From positions 52,937 through 116,936 of the forward strand of contig JANXYX010000022.1 of assembly GCA_025408425.1 (NCBI GenBank): DNA of 64,000 nucleotides, in the 5' to 3' direction. The first letter of the stretch is position 1, and the number at the start of each line of letters is the position of its first letter. The notes beneath the pieces are model-generated. The model ran no database searches, was not told the origin of the DNA, and saw only the letters and a program-made list of their open reading frames with translations. Below, piece after piece: positions 28,937 to 41,196 of this stretch. This stretch comes from Granulicella sp. GTDB lineage: Bacteria > Acidobacteriota > Terriglobia > Terriglobales > Acidobacteriaceae. The translations under genes and the position numbers were made by a program.

Positions 28937-28968
28937 CTGAACGGACAAAGGGCTGCGAGATTACTCGC
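28937..28968. terminator. bidirectional hairpin terminator between convergent genes
   Basis: Perfect 14-bp stem CAAAGGGCTGCGAG-ATTA-CTCGCAGCCCTTTG with flanking A/T runs. Confidence 0.6.
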
Positions 28969-28997
28969 AGCCCTTTGTTATTGGATGAAGCTTGAGT

Positions 28998-29546
28998 CTA
29001 GGCCAGATGGTCGGACTGTGCGGCGCGGATGCTCTCTGCGATGCTGGTTGCGAGAACGGGCAGGCCGAAGAGCGCGCCAGCGGTGACGGCGGTCGACATG
29101 ACATCGTTGGCGTAGAAGGGGATTGCGGCGATGTAGCAGGCGCCGAGTCCGGCGAGGTTGTGGGTGTACATTCCGCTGCCTGTCCAGACTGCGAAGTTGC
29201 TGAGGAGGAAGAAAGAAGTGGAGGATGCCAGAACTGCGGTACCGACGCGCAGCATGGAGGTTTTGCGGTTGAGCAACTGGTGCCCCACAAGGCAGACGGC
29301 TGCATACCAGGCCCAGGTGACGAGGTATCCGCTGGTGTGGAATGCGTAGCCGTAGGCGTAGACGGTGAGGTAGTAGTCGGTCGCCATGAGGGCGAGGACG
29401 GCGAAAAGGGTCTGCCAGCGGCTGCGACGCGCGCCGAAGAAGAGCAGACCTCCTCCGACAGCGGTGAAGTTCACGCTGGTGGTGTGGAAGGCAGCAGGAA
29501 GTATGCGGCTAAGAACAGCGAGCAGTAGGACGAGATAGGCAGCCAT
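28998..29546 (-). CDS. polytopic membrane protein, unknown function
   Basis: 182 aa with about 6 hydrophobic segments. No motif recognised. Confidence 0.6.
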   Translation of the reverse strand: MAAYLVLLLAVLSRILPAAFHTTSVNFTAVGGGLLFFGARRSRWQTLFAVLALMATDYYLTVYAYGYAFHTSGYLVTWAWYAAVCLVGHQLLNRKTSMLRVGTAVLASSTSFFLLSNFAVWTGSGMYTHNLAGLGACYIAAIPFYANDVMSTAVTAGALFGLPVLATSIAESIRAAQSDHLA

Positions 29547-29672
29547 GGTGACCTCAATTTCGGGGCAAGCGTTCAGGGATTCTTACGAAACTTTGTGAAC
29601 TATGATTCTCAGGCTTCCTTGCTACGGGGTCAACCCAGGGAAGGGAATATGGTTTCGTGAGGTGAATCCGGC

Positions 29673-30737
29673 TTATTTCTGGAGGTGGCCATCCATTTCC
29701 ATACGGGCGACACGGTGGTCGGCGTTGATCGTTACGGTACCGGAGAGCGGTGGGTTGATGCGTCCCTTGATAAAGGAGACGTCGTACATGAAGCGAAGGT
29801 CGCGGAATGTGACGGTGGTGAGATCCGCTTGGTCGGGATCTGAGGAGTGCGGGGCTTCGGTGACGATGGGGAACTGAGACCAGTCGAGGTAGGCCTCCCC
29901 GAGCCAAGTGCGCTTGGCGATAAGGGTAGCGATGGTGGTGGGGGGCTTGTAGACGATCTCTGCAGGGCTGGTGGTGAGGGTGTTGGTAAGGGTGTCTGCG
30001 ATAGCGAGCTGGAAGTATTGAGGGGTTTCAAGCACTATGTGCCAACGGAATGGAGTAATGGGGTGGGGGCTGGTTGCGATGCGGAGTACTTCGACGCCGT
30101 TGACGTCGGCGGAGGCTGCGAGTTGGAGGGCCTTCTGCTGCTCGAAAGCACGCCAACCCCAGAGCGCGACGATGGCTACGAGGGCGGTGATGGCCCAACC
30201 TCGTCCGCGAAAAGTGGAGCGTCGGGCTCCAATTTCGGCGTTGATGAGGCCGAAGAGGGATGGGGCTAGCAGGGCGGTGAGCAGGATCGCGAAGATTACG
30301 GGCTCGAAGATGAAGACGAAGGAGCCTGCGTACCAGCGGGGGTTGAAGGGGAAGAAGGGGCGGACACCGTAGTTGTTGGTCCAGTCGAGGAGGATGTGGC
30401 TGGCAAGGGCGATGAGTGCGAAGGTGTAAAGGAGGCCCCATCGAATGGGCGCTGCTGCGCTTTTCAAGGGGCGGGAATGGGCTGGTCCGGTGCGCCAGCG
30501 ATGGAAGAGCCAGAAGCCACCGACGACTACGGCTGCTTCGAGCGGCAGGCCGATGAGGGTATGGGTCCAACCGCGATGATGTTGAAAGGTGGCGACGGGG
30601 CCGTCGATTGCCCAGAGGAAGTCGAGGTCGGGGATCTCGGCGGCGAGGATCATGGCCCCGGTGGCGTAGGCGGCCTTGCGATTGAAGCCGGCCCGGGCCA
30701 GGCATGCCCCGGTCATGAGATGAGTAATTGGTTCCAT
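29673..30737 (-). CDS. membrane-bound metal-dependent hydrolase (YdjM/DUF457-like)
   Basis: N-terminus MEPITHLMTGACLARAG and His-rich TM core, with a C-terminal soluble extension. Confidence 0.75.
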   Translation of the reverse strand: MEPITHLMTGACLARAGFNRKAAYATGAMILAAEIPDLDFLWAIDGPVATFQHHRGWTHTLIGLPLEAAVVVGGFWLFHRWRTGPAHSRPLKSAAAPIRWGLLYTFALIALASHILLDWTNNYGVRPFFPFNPRWYAGSFVFIFEPVIFAILLTALLAPSLFGLINAEIGARRSTFRGRGWAITALVAIVALWGWRAFEQQKALQLAASADVNGVEVLRIATSPHPITPFRWHIVLETPQYFQLAIADTLTNTLTTSPAEIVYKPPTTIATLIAKRTWLGEAYLDWSQFPIVTEAPHSSDPDQADLTTVTFRDLRFMYDVSFIKGRINPPLSGTVTINADHRVARMEMDGHLQK

Positions 30738-30794
30738 ATGCCGAGAATATCCCGTTGCCCTGCACGCTGATGGACTTTTGCTATAGTTGGCGCT

Positions 30795-31229
30795 ATGTCA
30801 GGTTCTCTCCCTGTAGATGAAGCCGGAATCGACAACTTCATTGCGGCGTTTGAGGCCGGCACGCTTCCGAAGGAGCAGTGGACTCATGCAGCTCATCTAC
30901 TGACCGGAGCCTGCTACGTCTATGATTTCGGGGAGGCGCGCGCGATCGACCTTATGCGGCGCAATGTGAGTGCTTACAACCTTGCGGTAGGCGGACAGAA
31001 TACGGAAACAAGCGGATATCACGAGACGATTACGGTGTTCTGGATCAAGCTGCTGGCGGGGTTACTACGGGAGAGGCAGCCAATTCGGCGGGTGGAGTTT
31101 GCGAAGTGTGCTGTGGACCACTTTCTGTCGCAGAGAGATATCCTGCGGCGGTTTTATGATTTCGATGTTGCGGCTTCGGCAGAGGGGCGTCGGACCTGGC
31201 TGCCACCTACGCTTGAACGGCTGGACTGA
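30795..31229 (+). CDS. hypothetical protein
   Basis: 144-aa ORF with normal-looking composition. No motif recognised. Confidence 0.5.
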   Translation: MSGSLPVDEAGIDNFIAAFEAGTLPKEQWTHAAHLLTGACYVYDFGEARAIDLMRRNVSAYNLAVGGQNTETSGYHETITVFWIKLLAGLLRERQPIRRVEFAKCAVDHFLSQRDILRRFYDFDVAASAEGRRTWLPPTLERLD

Positions 31230-31437
31230 GTGGCATGTGGGTGTTGGATGGCGTTGAGAAGATAGCCAAGCTTTTGCCGAGTGAACGGTGTATCTCAAAT
31301 TTGCTTCAGCCTGAAAAGGGTGTCCTGGGTTGATTCATGCCGCCTGAGTATAGCCCCGGCGGCATTGCGACTACAGTGTCGGAACGCACATTCGGGAAGA
31401 GATATAGCGTGTAGTCTTCTAAGGTTGGGAGCTCCAT

Positions 31438-33336
31438 TTGAGAGAAGCGGATTCGCTTACCGAGTGGCTTGATCGCCCAGTAGCGCACATCGCTACTGCA
31501 AGTCTTATTGTGGCGGGGATGCTGGCGGCACTGGGTGTGAAGCTGTTGCTGCACGACCAGCACGCGTTGAATGTGGTGTTGTGTGTGGCGATTGCCGGGG
31601 CGAGTATACCGCTGGTGATCTCTCTTGTGACAAAGGTGATTCAGGGCAATTTCAGCGTCGACCTGCTGGCACTGCTTTCGATTGTGACGTCGCTGATTCT
31701 TGGGCAGTACTGGGTGGCGGCAATTGTGGTGCTGATGTTGTCGGGTGGTCAGGCATTGGAGAGCTATGCGACGGGGCGGGCATCATCGGTGCTGAGCGCG
31801 CTGGCGAAGCGGATGCCGCAGACGGCGCATCGGGCGGGGGGATTGGTGGCAGATGTGCCGATCGACTCGATTTTGGTGGATGACGAACTGATCGTGTATC
31901 CGCACGAGATCTGCCCTGTAGATGGGGTGGTCGTGAGCGGGCGGGGGAGGATGGATGAGTCGTATCTGACAGGAGAGCCGTTTCAGATTGCGAAGGCTCC
32001 GGGGGTGAGCGTGCTTTCGGGATCGATCAACGGGAACGCGGCCCTGACGATACGGGCGACGAAAGTTGCGAGCGATTCGCGCTACGCGAAGATTGTGGAA
32101 GTGCTGCACGCATCGGAGGAGAACCGGCCTCGTATGCAGCGACTCGGCGACCGGTTGGGGTCGTGGTACACGCCAGTTGCGGTTTTGATCGCGGTGGCGA
32201 GCTGGTTCTTCAGTGGGAGTTCGGAGCGGTTTCTAGCGGTGCTGGTGATTGCGACGCCATGTCCGCTGCTGATCTCGATTCCGGTGGCGGTCATTGGCGC
32301 GATTTCAGTGGGAGCACGGTTCGGGATCATCATCAAAGATCCATCGATTCTGGAGAAGATGGAGACCTGCCGCGTGTTGATCGTCGACAAGACGGGGACG
32401 CTGACGTATGGGAAGCCGAGTCTGGCAAGAGTGCAGTGCTTTGACGGGCTAACGCGAGAGCTGGCACTGCAATATTGCGCCAGCCTGGAGCGGTATTCAA
32501 AGCATCCGCTGGCGGGGGCGGTTCTGGCGGTGGCCGAGGCGGAGGGGTTGGCGTTGCTGGAGGTTCAGGATGTCTCAGAGCCACCCGGAGCGGGGCTGGT
32601 GGGGCACGTGGGCGGTAAGTTGATTGCAGTGACGGGACGGGGAAAGTTATCTCCTGAGTCGCTGGCGGCGATGCCGCCGATTACCCCGGGGCTGGAGTGC
32701 GTGTTGCTGGTAGAAGGAAAGCTAGCTGGGATCTTTCACTTTGAGGATGAACCGCGCACGGAGAGCAAGTCATTTTTGAAGCATTTGGAGGCGAAGCACT
32801 CGATCAAGGAGCTAATTCTGCTTTCGGGTGATCGGCCGGCGGAGGTGGCGCAGTTTGCTGCGGGGATGGGGATAACGGAGGCGTATGGAGGGAAGAGTCC
32901 TGAGGACAAGGTAGAGTTTGTTCGGGAGAGGACGGAAAAGGCTCGAACGTTATACCTGGGGGATGGAATCAATGATGCTCCGGCAATGATGGCGGCGACG
33001 GCGGGAATTGCACTGGGAGTGAACAGCGACATTACTTCGGAGGCTGCGGGGGCGGTGATTTTACAGTCGTCGCTGAAGAGCGTGGATGAGCTAATGCATA
33101 TTGGACGAAGGATGCGTGGAATTGCGCTGACAAGCGCTGTTGGTGGGATGGGTTTGAGCCTGATCGGGATGGGGGGGGCGTCTCTGGGGCTGATTAATCC
33201 GATCCAGGGGGCGATTGCGCAGGAGGTGATTGACCTGTTGTCGATTCTGAACTCTTTGCGGATGATTCTGCCGATGGGACCATTGAGTGATTTTCATGTG
33301 CCCGCAGTGATGGGGAAGGCCGGCGAGGAAAGGTAA
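31438..33336 (+). CDS. heavy-metal P1B-type ATPase with a TPCP transmembrane motif, no N-terminal CxxC metal-binding domain
   Basis: DKTGTLT, GDGINDAP and TGEP motifs. The TM motif is ATPCPLL rather than CPC/CPH/SPC. 632 aa. TTG start in the track. Confidence 0.9.
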   Translation: MREADSLTEWLDRPVAHIATASLIVAGMLAALGVKLLLHDQHALNVVLCVAIAGASIPLVISLVTKVIQGNFSVDLLALLSIVTSLILGQYWVAAIVVLMLSGGQALESYATGRASSVLSALAKRMPQTAHRAGGLVADVPIDSILVDDELIVYPHEICPVDGVVVSGRGRMDESYLTGEPFQIAKAPGVSVLSGSINGNAALTIRATKVASDSRYAKIVEVLHASEENRPRMQRLGDRLGSWYTPVAVLIAVASWFFSGSSERFLAVLVIATPCPLLISIPVAVIGAISVGARFGIIIKDPSILEKMETCRVLIVDKTGTLTYGKPSLARVQCFDGLTRELALQYCASLERYSKHPLAGAVLAVAEAEGLALLEVQDVSEPPGAGLVGHVGGKLIAVTGRGKLSPESLAAMPPITPGLECVLLVEGKLAGIFHFEDEPRTESKSFLKHLEAKHSIKELILLSGDRPAEVAQFAAGMGITEAYGGKSPEDKVEFVRERTEKARTLYLGDGINDAPAMMAATAGIALGVNSDITSEAAGAVILQSSLKSVDELMHIGRRMRGIALTSAVGGMGLSLIGMGGASLGLINPIQGAIAQEVIDLLSILNSLRMILPMGPLSDFHVPAVMGKAGEER

Positions 33337-33340
33337 CTGA

Positions 33341-35461
<2,121 letters not shown>

Positions 35462-35489
35462 CAGAGTTTGAGGATACAGATCAAAGCAG

Positions 35490-35518
35490 AGGCGCTCGCA
35501 GTGATGCTGCGGGCGCCT
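35490..35518. terminator. bidirectional hairpin between convergent ligA and the TonB-dependent receptor
   Basis: AGGCGCTCGCAG-TGATG-CTGCGGGCGCCT (12-bp stem, one G-T pair), followed by TTTGCTATTTG. Confidence 0.55.
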
Positions 35519-35541
35519 TTGCTATTTGTGCGTGTTGGCAG

Positions 35542-38500
35542 TTAGAAGTTGAGCTTCAGGCCGAACTGGATCTGGCGAGAGCTGGTGGCGGTGGACGTGA
35601 TAACCCCGGCGGTGGAGGAGGTGGCGCTGTTGAGTGCGGAGTAGACGATTGGGTTGGGAGTGGTGAAGTTGGAGTGGTTGAGGATGTTGAAGAACTCGGC
35701 GCGCAACTGGGTATTGATTCGCTCGCCGAAGCGGGTGTTCTTTAGCAGGGAGAGATCCAGCTCCCTGAGGCCGGGGCCGATGAGTGTATCGCGGCCGAGA
35801 GTACCCACTGCGCCGCCGGTGATGGTAGTGCCAGCGGAGTTGGTGGTAGAGAGTGGGGCGACGAAGGCGGTTGGATCAAACCACTTGGCCACGGTGTGAG
35901 GGTAAAGGTTTCCGGTGAAGCTGGGGTTCGGGTTGGGGCGAACGGGATTGCGGGTATCGCCTGATCCCGTTGGGTTGTAGCCGAGTTGTGGGGAGAACGG
36001 GAAACCAGATTGGAGGTTGGCGATTGTGCTGAGGCTCCAGCCACTGATGGCACGGTCGACGATGGGGCTGACGTTTGAAGCGAAGTAGTGATTTCGGCCG
36101 AAGGGTAGATCGTAGGTGCCGTTGATAGCTGCGAGGTGGCGGACATCGTTGGCGGCTGGGCCGTAGTCGAGATCGAGGCGGTTCGGCACGGAGACGTAGG
36201 CGGGTGTGTTGGCAGAGACGCTGGTATTCCAGGCAGTGCCGTTGTCGAGGTTCTTGGAGAGGGTGTAGTTGGCGCGGAACTGAAGGCCGTGTGCGAAGGC
36301 GCGATGGAGATCGACCTCAAGGCCATGGTAGTTGCTGCTGCCTTGCGAGAACCACGAGGTGGTGTTGGCGACGAGCGGATTGGCCTTGGTGGTGTTGGGG
36401 TAGAAGACGGTTCCGGTGGCGAGGGTTGAGGGGCAGGCGGGGTTGGGGCAGACGACGTTAGCCGGCTCGTTCTGGTCGCCGGAGAGGATCTGGTGGTAAC
36501 CGTGGGAGCCGATATAGGCGACGGTGAGCGAGGTATTGGGGGCAATTTGCTGCTCGATCTTAAGGCTCCATGCCTGAATGGTGGGGGTGGCCAGGTCGGT
36601 CTGGACGTTGGAGGGCGAGACGAGGGTTCCGGCGCTGGCGGTGGTGGAAGAGTTGATGTTGAGGCTAGAGACGGCTACGTTCTTGAGCGCGAGTGTGGTG
36701 TTGAAGGGCGCTGCCTGGTCAAGGCGATAGTCGATGTTATCGAGCAGGGAGTAGTGGATGCCGAAGCTGGATCGAACTGCGGTTCGACCGTTGCCAAATA
36801 CGTCCCAGGCCAGACCGATACGGGGTTCCGGAAGGAACTTGGCGCGGTTGGTGGTGAATGCGGAGGAACTGACGGTGGAGTTGGTATTGATGACGCCGTT
36901 GGTGAATCCGTAGTTGGCGGCGCGGCCCTGGACCTCGTTGAAGCCGTTGGTGGATTCGAAGCGGATGCCGACGCGCAGTTCGACCCGGGGGCTGAGCTTG
37001 AAGGCGTCTTCCAGGTAGCCTGCGCCCATGACGGAGCGCCAGCCCAGCTCTGTAGGTGCCGGGACGACGGAGAAGGTAGCTACTGTGCCGGCGAGGAAGG
37101 TCGCCAGGGTGGAGAAGGAAGCCTGGCCGTACTGGTTCTGGGCGAGGTTGTCGTTGGATTGGAGCCGCTGGATCCAGCCGCCTGCTTCGATCTGATGGCG
37201 GCCAAGGGTGTAGAAGATGTGGTCGTCGAAGGTGAAGAGGTTGCGGGTGGTGGCGTTATTGGAGCCGACGTTGGCGCCTGCTCCAGTGATTTGGGAGGAG
37301 CCGTTCGAGGCGGTAGATCCTGCAATGACGATGGCACCGATGGGTTTGCCGGCTACCCAACCGGGGAGGCTGATGCCTCCGAGCGGGGTGGAGTATCCGA
37401 GGAAGAAGAAGGAAGCGCGGGAGAGACCTACGCGAGCAGTGTTGAGTAGACGCGGAGAGAAGACGTGTTGTTCCTGGATGCTGACTACCTGCTCTCGCAA
37501 GCTTTCATTGATCCATGCGAGAGGGTTCTGGGTGGGGGTGTTTGCGGTGGAGTCATCTACGGTGTAGACGGCGAAGAGGAGGTCGTTGGAGCTGACATTG
37601 GCGTCGAAGCGGGTGGTGGCGAAGTCCTCGCGGATGCGCTGTGTGGGGCTGGAGTAGGCAAGAGCGATACCGGTGGGGTGTCCGTTGGAGTCGAGCAACT
37701 CAGGGCCGTTCTGGGTGGGCCAGAGGTTGAACAAGGCGGCGACGCCGGTACCGAGAGTGGTGGGCTGGTAGTTGCCGTTCTTGTCCGGGTAGAGGCCTTG
37801 GCGGACTTTGGAGTCGGGGACGAAGGTGACGTCGGAGAGGCCGAGGTTCTGGCGGTAGCCCTCATAGTTACCGAAGAGGAAGAGCTTGTTCTTGCGGAGA
37901 GGGCCGCCGAGTGACGCGCCGTAGTTGTTGCGTTGGAATTTCGGAATGGTGGGCTGGTCGAAGTAGTTGCGCGCGTCAAGGGCGGAGTTGCGGATGAACT
38001 CGTATGCGGAGCCGTGAAGGTTATTTGTTCCGGATGCGGTGACGATCGAGATCTGGGCCCCCTGACGCTTGCCGTAGCTGGCGGAGTATGAGTCGGAGAC
38101 GACGTTGAATTCGCGGACGGCGTCGACGCCGAGAAGCTGTCCGCTGGTGCCGCCGGGGGTGACGTTGATGAGGGAAGCTCCGGTGTATTCGATGCCGTTG
38201 AGGAGGAAGAGATTGTCCTGCGGACGGCGTCCGGAGATGGCGAACATGTTGCCGACGGAAGAGTTAGATGTACCGATGCCGCCGGAGCGCTGGCCAGTGT
38301 AGTTGACTGTGGCGGGGTTGAGGGTGATGAGTTGGTCGTAGCTGCGGCCATTGAGGGGTAGTTCTTTTACCTGGCGCTCATTGACGAGGCCGGAGGTCTG
38401 TTGCGTGGAGACGTTGACGGTAGTCGGGGTGTCTTCGACGGCGATGTCCTGAGAGATCTCTCCGACCGAGAGGACAAGGTCGACCTGGGTAGATTGTCCT

Positions 38501-38793
38501 ACGGTGAGAGAGACGTCTTTGCGTTGCTGCTGGGCAAAGCCGGGACTGTTGGCGGTGACGTCGTAGGTGCCGATGGAGAGAGATGGGGCAGAGAAGCGGC
38601 CGTCGTGGTCGGTGATGAGCTTGCGTTCGGTGCTGGTTTCGGAGTTGTGGACGAGTACGGCTGCGCCACTGATGTGGCTGCCGGACGCGTCGGAGATGGT
38701 GCCGCTAATGGAGCCTCCGACAACTTGCGCGTAGAGCGCTGCGGGGGCAAGAAGGAGGGCAGTAAGGCTGAGGGTGCGAGTGATGGAATACAA
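35542..38793 (-). CDS. TonB-dependent receptor with N-terminal carboxypeptidase-regulatory-like domain
   Basis: Signal ..TLSLTALLLAPAALYAQ, a CarboxypepD_reg-like segment (..GAAVLVHNSETS..DGRFS..L..GTYDV..), a long beta-barrel, and a C-terminal ..FGLKLNF. The start was moved to the TTG at 38793, which is preceded by GGAGA; the track ORF extends to 38892. Confidence 0.9.
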   Translation of the reverse strand: MYSITRTLSLTALLLAPAALYAQVVGGSISGTISDASGSHISGAAVLVHNSETSTERKLITDHDGRFSAPSLSIGTYDVTANSPGFAQQQRKDVSLTVGQSTQVDLVLSVGEISQDIAVEDTPTTVNVSTQQTSGLVNERQVKELPLNGRSYDQLITLNPATVNYTGQRSGGIGTSNSSVGNMFAISGRRPQDNLFLLNGIEYTGASLINVTPGGTSGQLLGVDAVREFNVVSDSYSASYGKRQGAQISIVTASGTNNLHGSAYEFIRNSALDARNYFDQPTIPKFQRNNYGASLGGPLRKNKLFLFGNYEGYRQNLGLSDVTFVPDSKVRQGLYPDKNGNYQPTTLGTGVAALFNLWPTQNGPELLDSNGHPTGIALAYSSPTQRIREDFATTRFDANVSSNDLLFAVYTVDDSTANTPTQNPLAWINESLREQVVSIQEQHVFSPRLLNTARVGLSRASFFFLGYSTPLGGISLPGWVAGKPIGAIVIAGSTASNGSSQITGAGANVGSNNATTRNLFTFDDHIFYTLGRHQIEAGGWIQRLQSNDNLAQNQYGQASFSTLATFLAGTVATFSVVPAPTELGWRSVMGAGYLEDAFKLSPRVELRVGIRFESTNGFNEVQGRAANYGFTNGVINTNSTVSSSAFTTNRAKFLPEPRIGLAWDVFGNGRTAVRSSFGIHYSLLDNIDYRLDQAAPFNTTLALKNVAVSSLNINSSTTASAGTLVSPSNVQTDLATPTIQAWSLKIEQQIAPNTSLTVAYIGSHGYHQILSGDQNEPANVVCPNPACPSTLATGTVFYPNTTKANPLVANTTSWFSQGSSNYHGLEVDLHRAFAHGLQFRANYTLSKNLDNGTAWNTSVSANTPAYVSVPNRLDLDYGPAANDVRHLAAINGTYDLPFGRNHYFASNVSPIVDRAISGWSLSTIANLQSGFPFSPQLGYNPTGSGDTRNPVRPNPNPSFTGNLYPHTVAKWFDPTAFVAPLSTTNSAGTTITGGAVGTLGRDTLIGPGLRELDLSLLKNTRFGERINTQLRAEFFNILNHSNFTTPNPIVYSALNSATSSTAGVITSTATSSRQIQFGLKLNF

Positions 38794-38993
38794 AGTAGTC
38801 TCCGAGACGCAGGGGTCAGCGTCGGCTGGTTGGTGTGCTGGAAATGTGGGACGAGAATGGATCGAGCAGGAACTCGCAGCTATCGACAACAACAGCGGCG
38901 GAGAGCCGACTGCGGGATGGAGCGGTCGAGTTGGATGTAGGTTGCCATGGGTGTTTTAGGGCTTGACTATCGCTGGAATTGAAGAGCGCTTAG

Positions 38994-39038
38994 GCAAAGA
39001 AAAACCCACGCTCCTCTGAATGGCGGCTGCGTGGGTTT
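38994..39038 (-). terminator. rho-independent terminator downstream of the NCS1 permease
   Basis: On the minus strand: AAACCCACGC...GCGTGGGTTT stem followed by TTTTTCTTTG. Confidence 0.55.
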
Positions 39039-39251
39039 CGGAGTTCCTAAGCTTGAGGCTTCGCTGATTCAGCGATTACTTGCAGGAAGATTCACACACC
39101 CACGCTGAGGCATGGCAACAACACATGCTGGCAGCAGTCGGGGTGAAATTCTTGTGCATATGAGTCAAAGATAAGGCGGATCTTGGTAATCGTCAAGACA
39201 TGGTCCTCGGTGGATTTTGGGACGGGGACGATTTTCTTGCGAGTTGAGCGC

Positions 39252-40685
39252 TTAAGCTCGTCCTCTTTCAATGCCTGTTGTGGCAAGTTGTGAGGGGTTG
39301 GCGATGATGACGACGCGCTTCATGAGGGCTCGGTAGATCAGGCCGGAGGTGCCGAAGCCAACGAACCAGGCGTAGTCATAGAGCCAGTGGAGGGATGGGA
39401 CGAAGAGGCCGATGAGAGCGACGACGACTCCACAGATGAGGGCTGCGATGGCGCGGGGATTTATGCCGCTGGAGTATTCGTAAGGGCCGCCGCGGTGGTA
39501 GAGGGAGTTGATGTCGAGTTGTGTGCCGCGGATGAAGAAGTAGTCTACGACCATGATGCCGGCGACTGGCCCGAGGAGGCCTGAGTATCCGACGAGCCAG
39601 CCGAAGATGTAGGTTCCGAAGCTGGACATGAGCTTCCAGGGCATCATGGCGAGGCCGAGGAAGCCGGTGATGAGACCTCCGGTGCGGAAGCTGATAAGGC
39701 GAGGGGCGAGGTTGGAGAAGTCGTTGGAGGGTGAGACGACGTTGGCTCCGATGTTGACGTTGAGCGTGGCGATGAGGATGCTGATGAGCGCGAGGAAGGC
39801 GACCAGGGGCTGATGGAATCGGCCGAGCAGAGTGATGGGGCTCCAGATGGGCTCGCCGAAGACGACGGTGGAAGCTGAGGTGCAGGCGATGCCGATGAAG
39901 GAGTAGAGGGTCATCGCAACGGGGAGCCCGAAGGCCTGACCGATGATCTGTGACTCCTGGGACTTGGCGTAGCGGGTGAAGTCTGGGATGTTGAGCGAGA
40001 GCGTAGCCCAGTAGCCGACCATTGCAGTGAGCATGGGAAAGAAGAAGTGGAGGAAGGCGCGGGTGGTGTGGAAGGAACTGGGAGCGGAGAGCATGGGGCC
40101 GAAACCGCCGGCTTTGTGGACCACCCAGGCGAGGAGGATGAGGGACATGATGAGGAGGAAGGGTGCAGAGAAGCTTTGCAGGAAGCGGATGGATTCGACG
40201 CCGCGCCAGACGACGATCATGTTGAGGAGCCAGAAGCCGAGGAAGCAGGCCCAGAGAACAGCGGGAATGTGAGCGGTGACGGGCCAGAGGACGTTGAGCA
40301 TGGCTGCGATGGACTGGCCTCCGATCCAAGATTGGATACCGAACCAGCCGCAGGCGACGATGGCGCGGAGAAGCGCGGGAATGTTGGCTCCGCGGAGGCC
40401 GAAACTGGCGCGAACGAGTACGGGGAAGGGTATGCCGTACTTCGCTCCAGCGTGTGCGTTGAGGAGCATCGGGATGAGCACGATGAGGTTGCCAAGGAGG
40501 ATGGTTGCTACTGCCTGCTTCCAGTTCATGCCGCCGGCTATGAGCGACGACGCGAGCATGTAGGTGGTGACCTCCATGGACATGGAGAACCACAGGGCGA
40601 TGTAGTTGTACGTGCCCCAAGTGCGATGGGCGGCAGTGGTTGGAGCGAGGTCTTCGTTGTAGAGGTCAGTGTTGTGCGTGGACAA
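39252..40685 (-). CDS. NCS1 family nucleobase:cation symporter (allantoin/cytosine/uracil-type permease)
   Basis: 477 aa, 12 TM. The N-terminus ..NEDLAPT....RTWG..NY..LW is typical of NCS1. Confidence 0.85.
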   Translation of the reverse strand: MSTHNTDLYNEDLAPTTAAHRTWGTYNYIALWFSMSMEVTTYMLASSLIAGGMNWKQAVATILLGNLIVLIPMLLNAHAGAKYGIPFPVLVRASFGLRGANIPALLRAIVACGWFGIQSWIGGQSIAAMLNVLWPVTAHIPAVLWACFLGFWLLNMIVVWRGVESIRFLQSFSAPFLLIMSLILLAWVVHKAGGFGPMLSAPSSFHTTRAFLHFFFPMLTAMVGYWATLSLNIPDFTRYAKSQESQIIGQAFGLPVAMTLYSFIGIACTSASTVVFGEPIWSPITLLGRFHQPLVAFLALISILIATLNVNIGANVVSPSNDFSNLAPRLISFRTGGLITGFLGLAMMPWKLMSSFGTYIFGWLVGYSGLLGPVAGIMVVDYFFIRGTQLDINSLYHRGGPYEYSSGINPRAIAALICGVVVALIGLFVPSLHWLYDYAWFVGFGTSGLIYRALMKRVVIIANPSQLATTGIERGRA

Positions 40686-40742
40686 GAAGTGAGACCTCCG
40701 CGTGAGTTGGTTGATCTGGTCCGCTGCGTGTTTGAGGGTGCC

Positions 40743-41108
40743 TTAGGGCTTTACGAGGTCTCGGTAGTCTTCGCGGATGGGGGTGAAGATGTCGAGAACT
40801 TCGGACTCTTCGAGCGCTGAGGCCTGATGTTCGACGTCGCCGTCGACGATGAAGCTGTCTCCTTCGCTGACGTTGAAGGTCTTGCCTGCGATGTCGATGT
40901 GGAGCGAGCCGCGGACGATGTAGACGAGCTGATGGTGAGGGTGGCTGTGGCGAGCGCCGACCCAGCCCTTCTCGAAGAAGTGGCGCACGAGCATGAGTTG
41001 ATCGGTGTGGGCGAGGATCTGACGGATCATTCCGGGTTCTGGGGTGAAGCTCCTGGCGTCCTGATTCTTGACGATGCTCATATCGGGAGCTACTTGCGGT
41101 AATGTCAT
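40743..41108 (-). CDS. cupin domain protein
   Basis: Cupin motifs G..ARHSHPHHQLVYIV.G and ..GDSF.V......H.A. Start placed at the internal Met (MTLPQ..); the track ORF extends to 41213. Confidence 0.7.
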   Translation of the reverse strand: MTLPQVAPDMSIVKNQDARSFTPEPGMIRQILAHTDQLMLVRHFFEKGWVGARHSHPHHQLVYIVRGSLHIDIAGKTFNVSEGDSFIVDGDVEHQASALEESEVLDIFTPIREDYRDLVKP

Positions 41109-41196
41109 GTGGCTTCCTGCCTTGGTGGAATGTGTACTGCTGCTTAATTTTGCGGTGCGCCGACCCGTTTTGATCGCGCTGCGAGATGTAATCTTA

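Noticed and set aside
39092-39286. 64-aa minus-strand ORF between the NCS1 stop and its terminator.
   Set aside because: It starts inside the 3' end of the permease gene and has no motif. It is more likely a 3' UTR. This is left unresolved rather than called.
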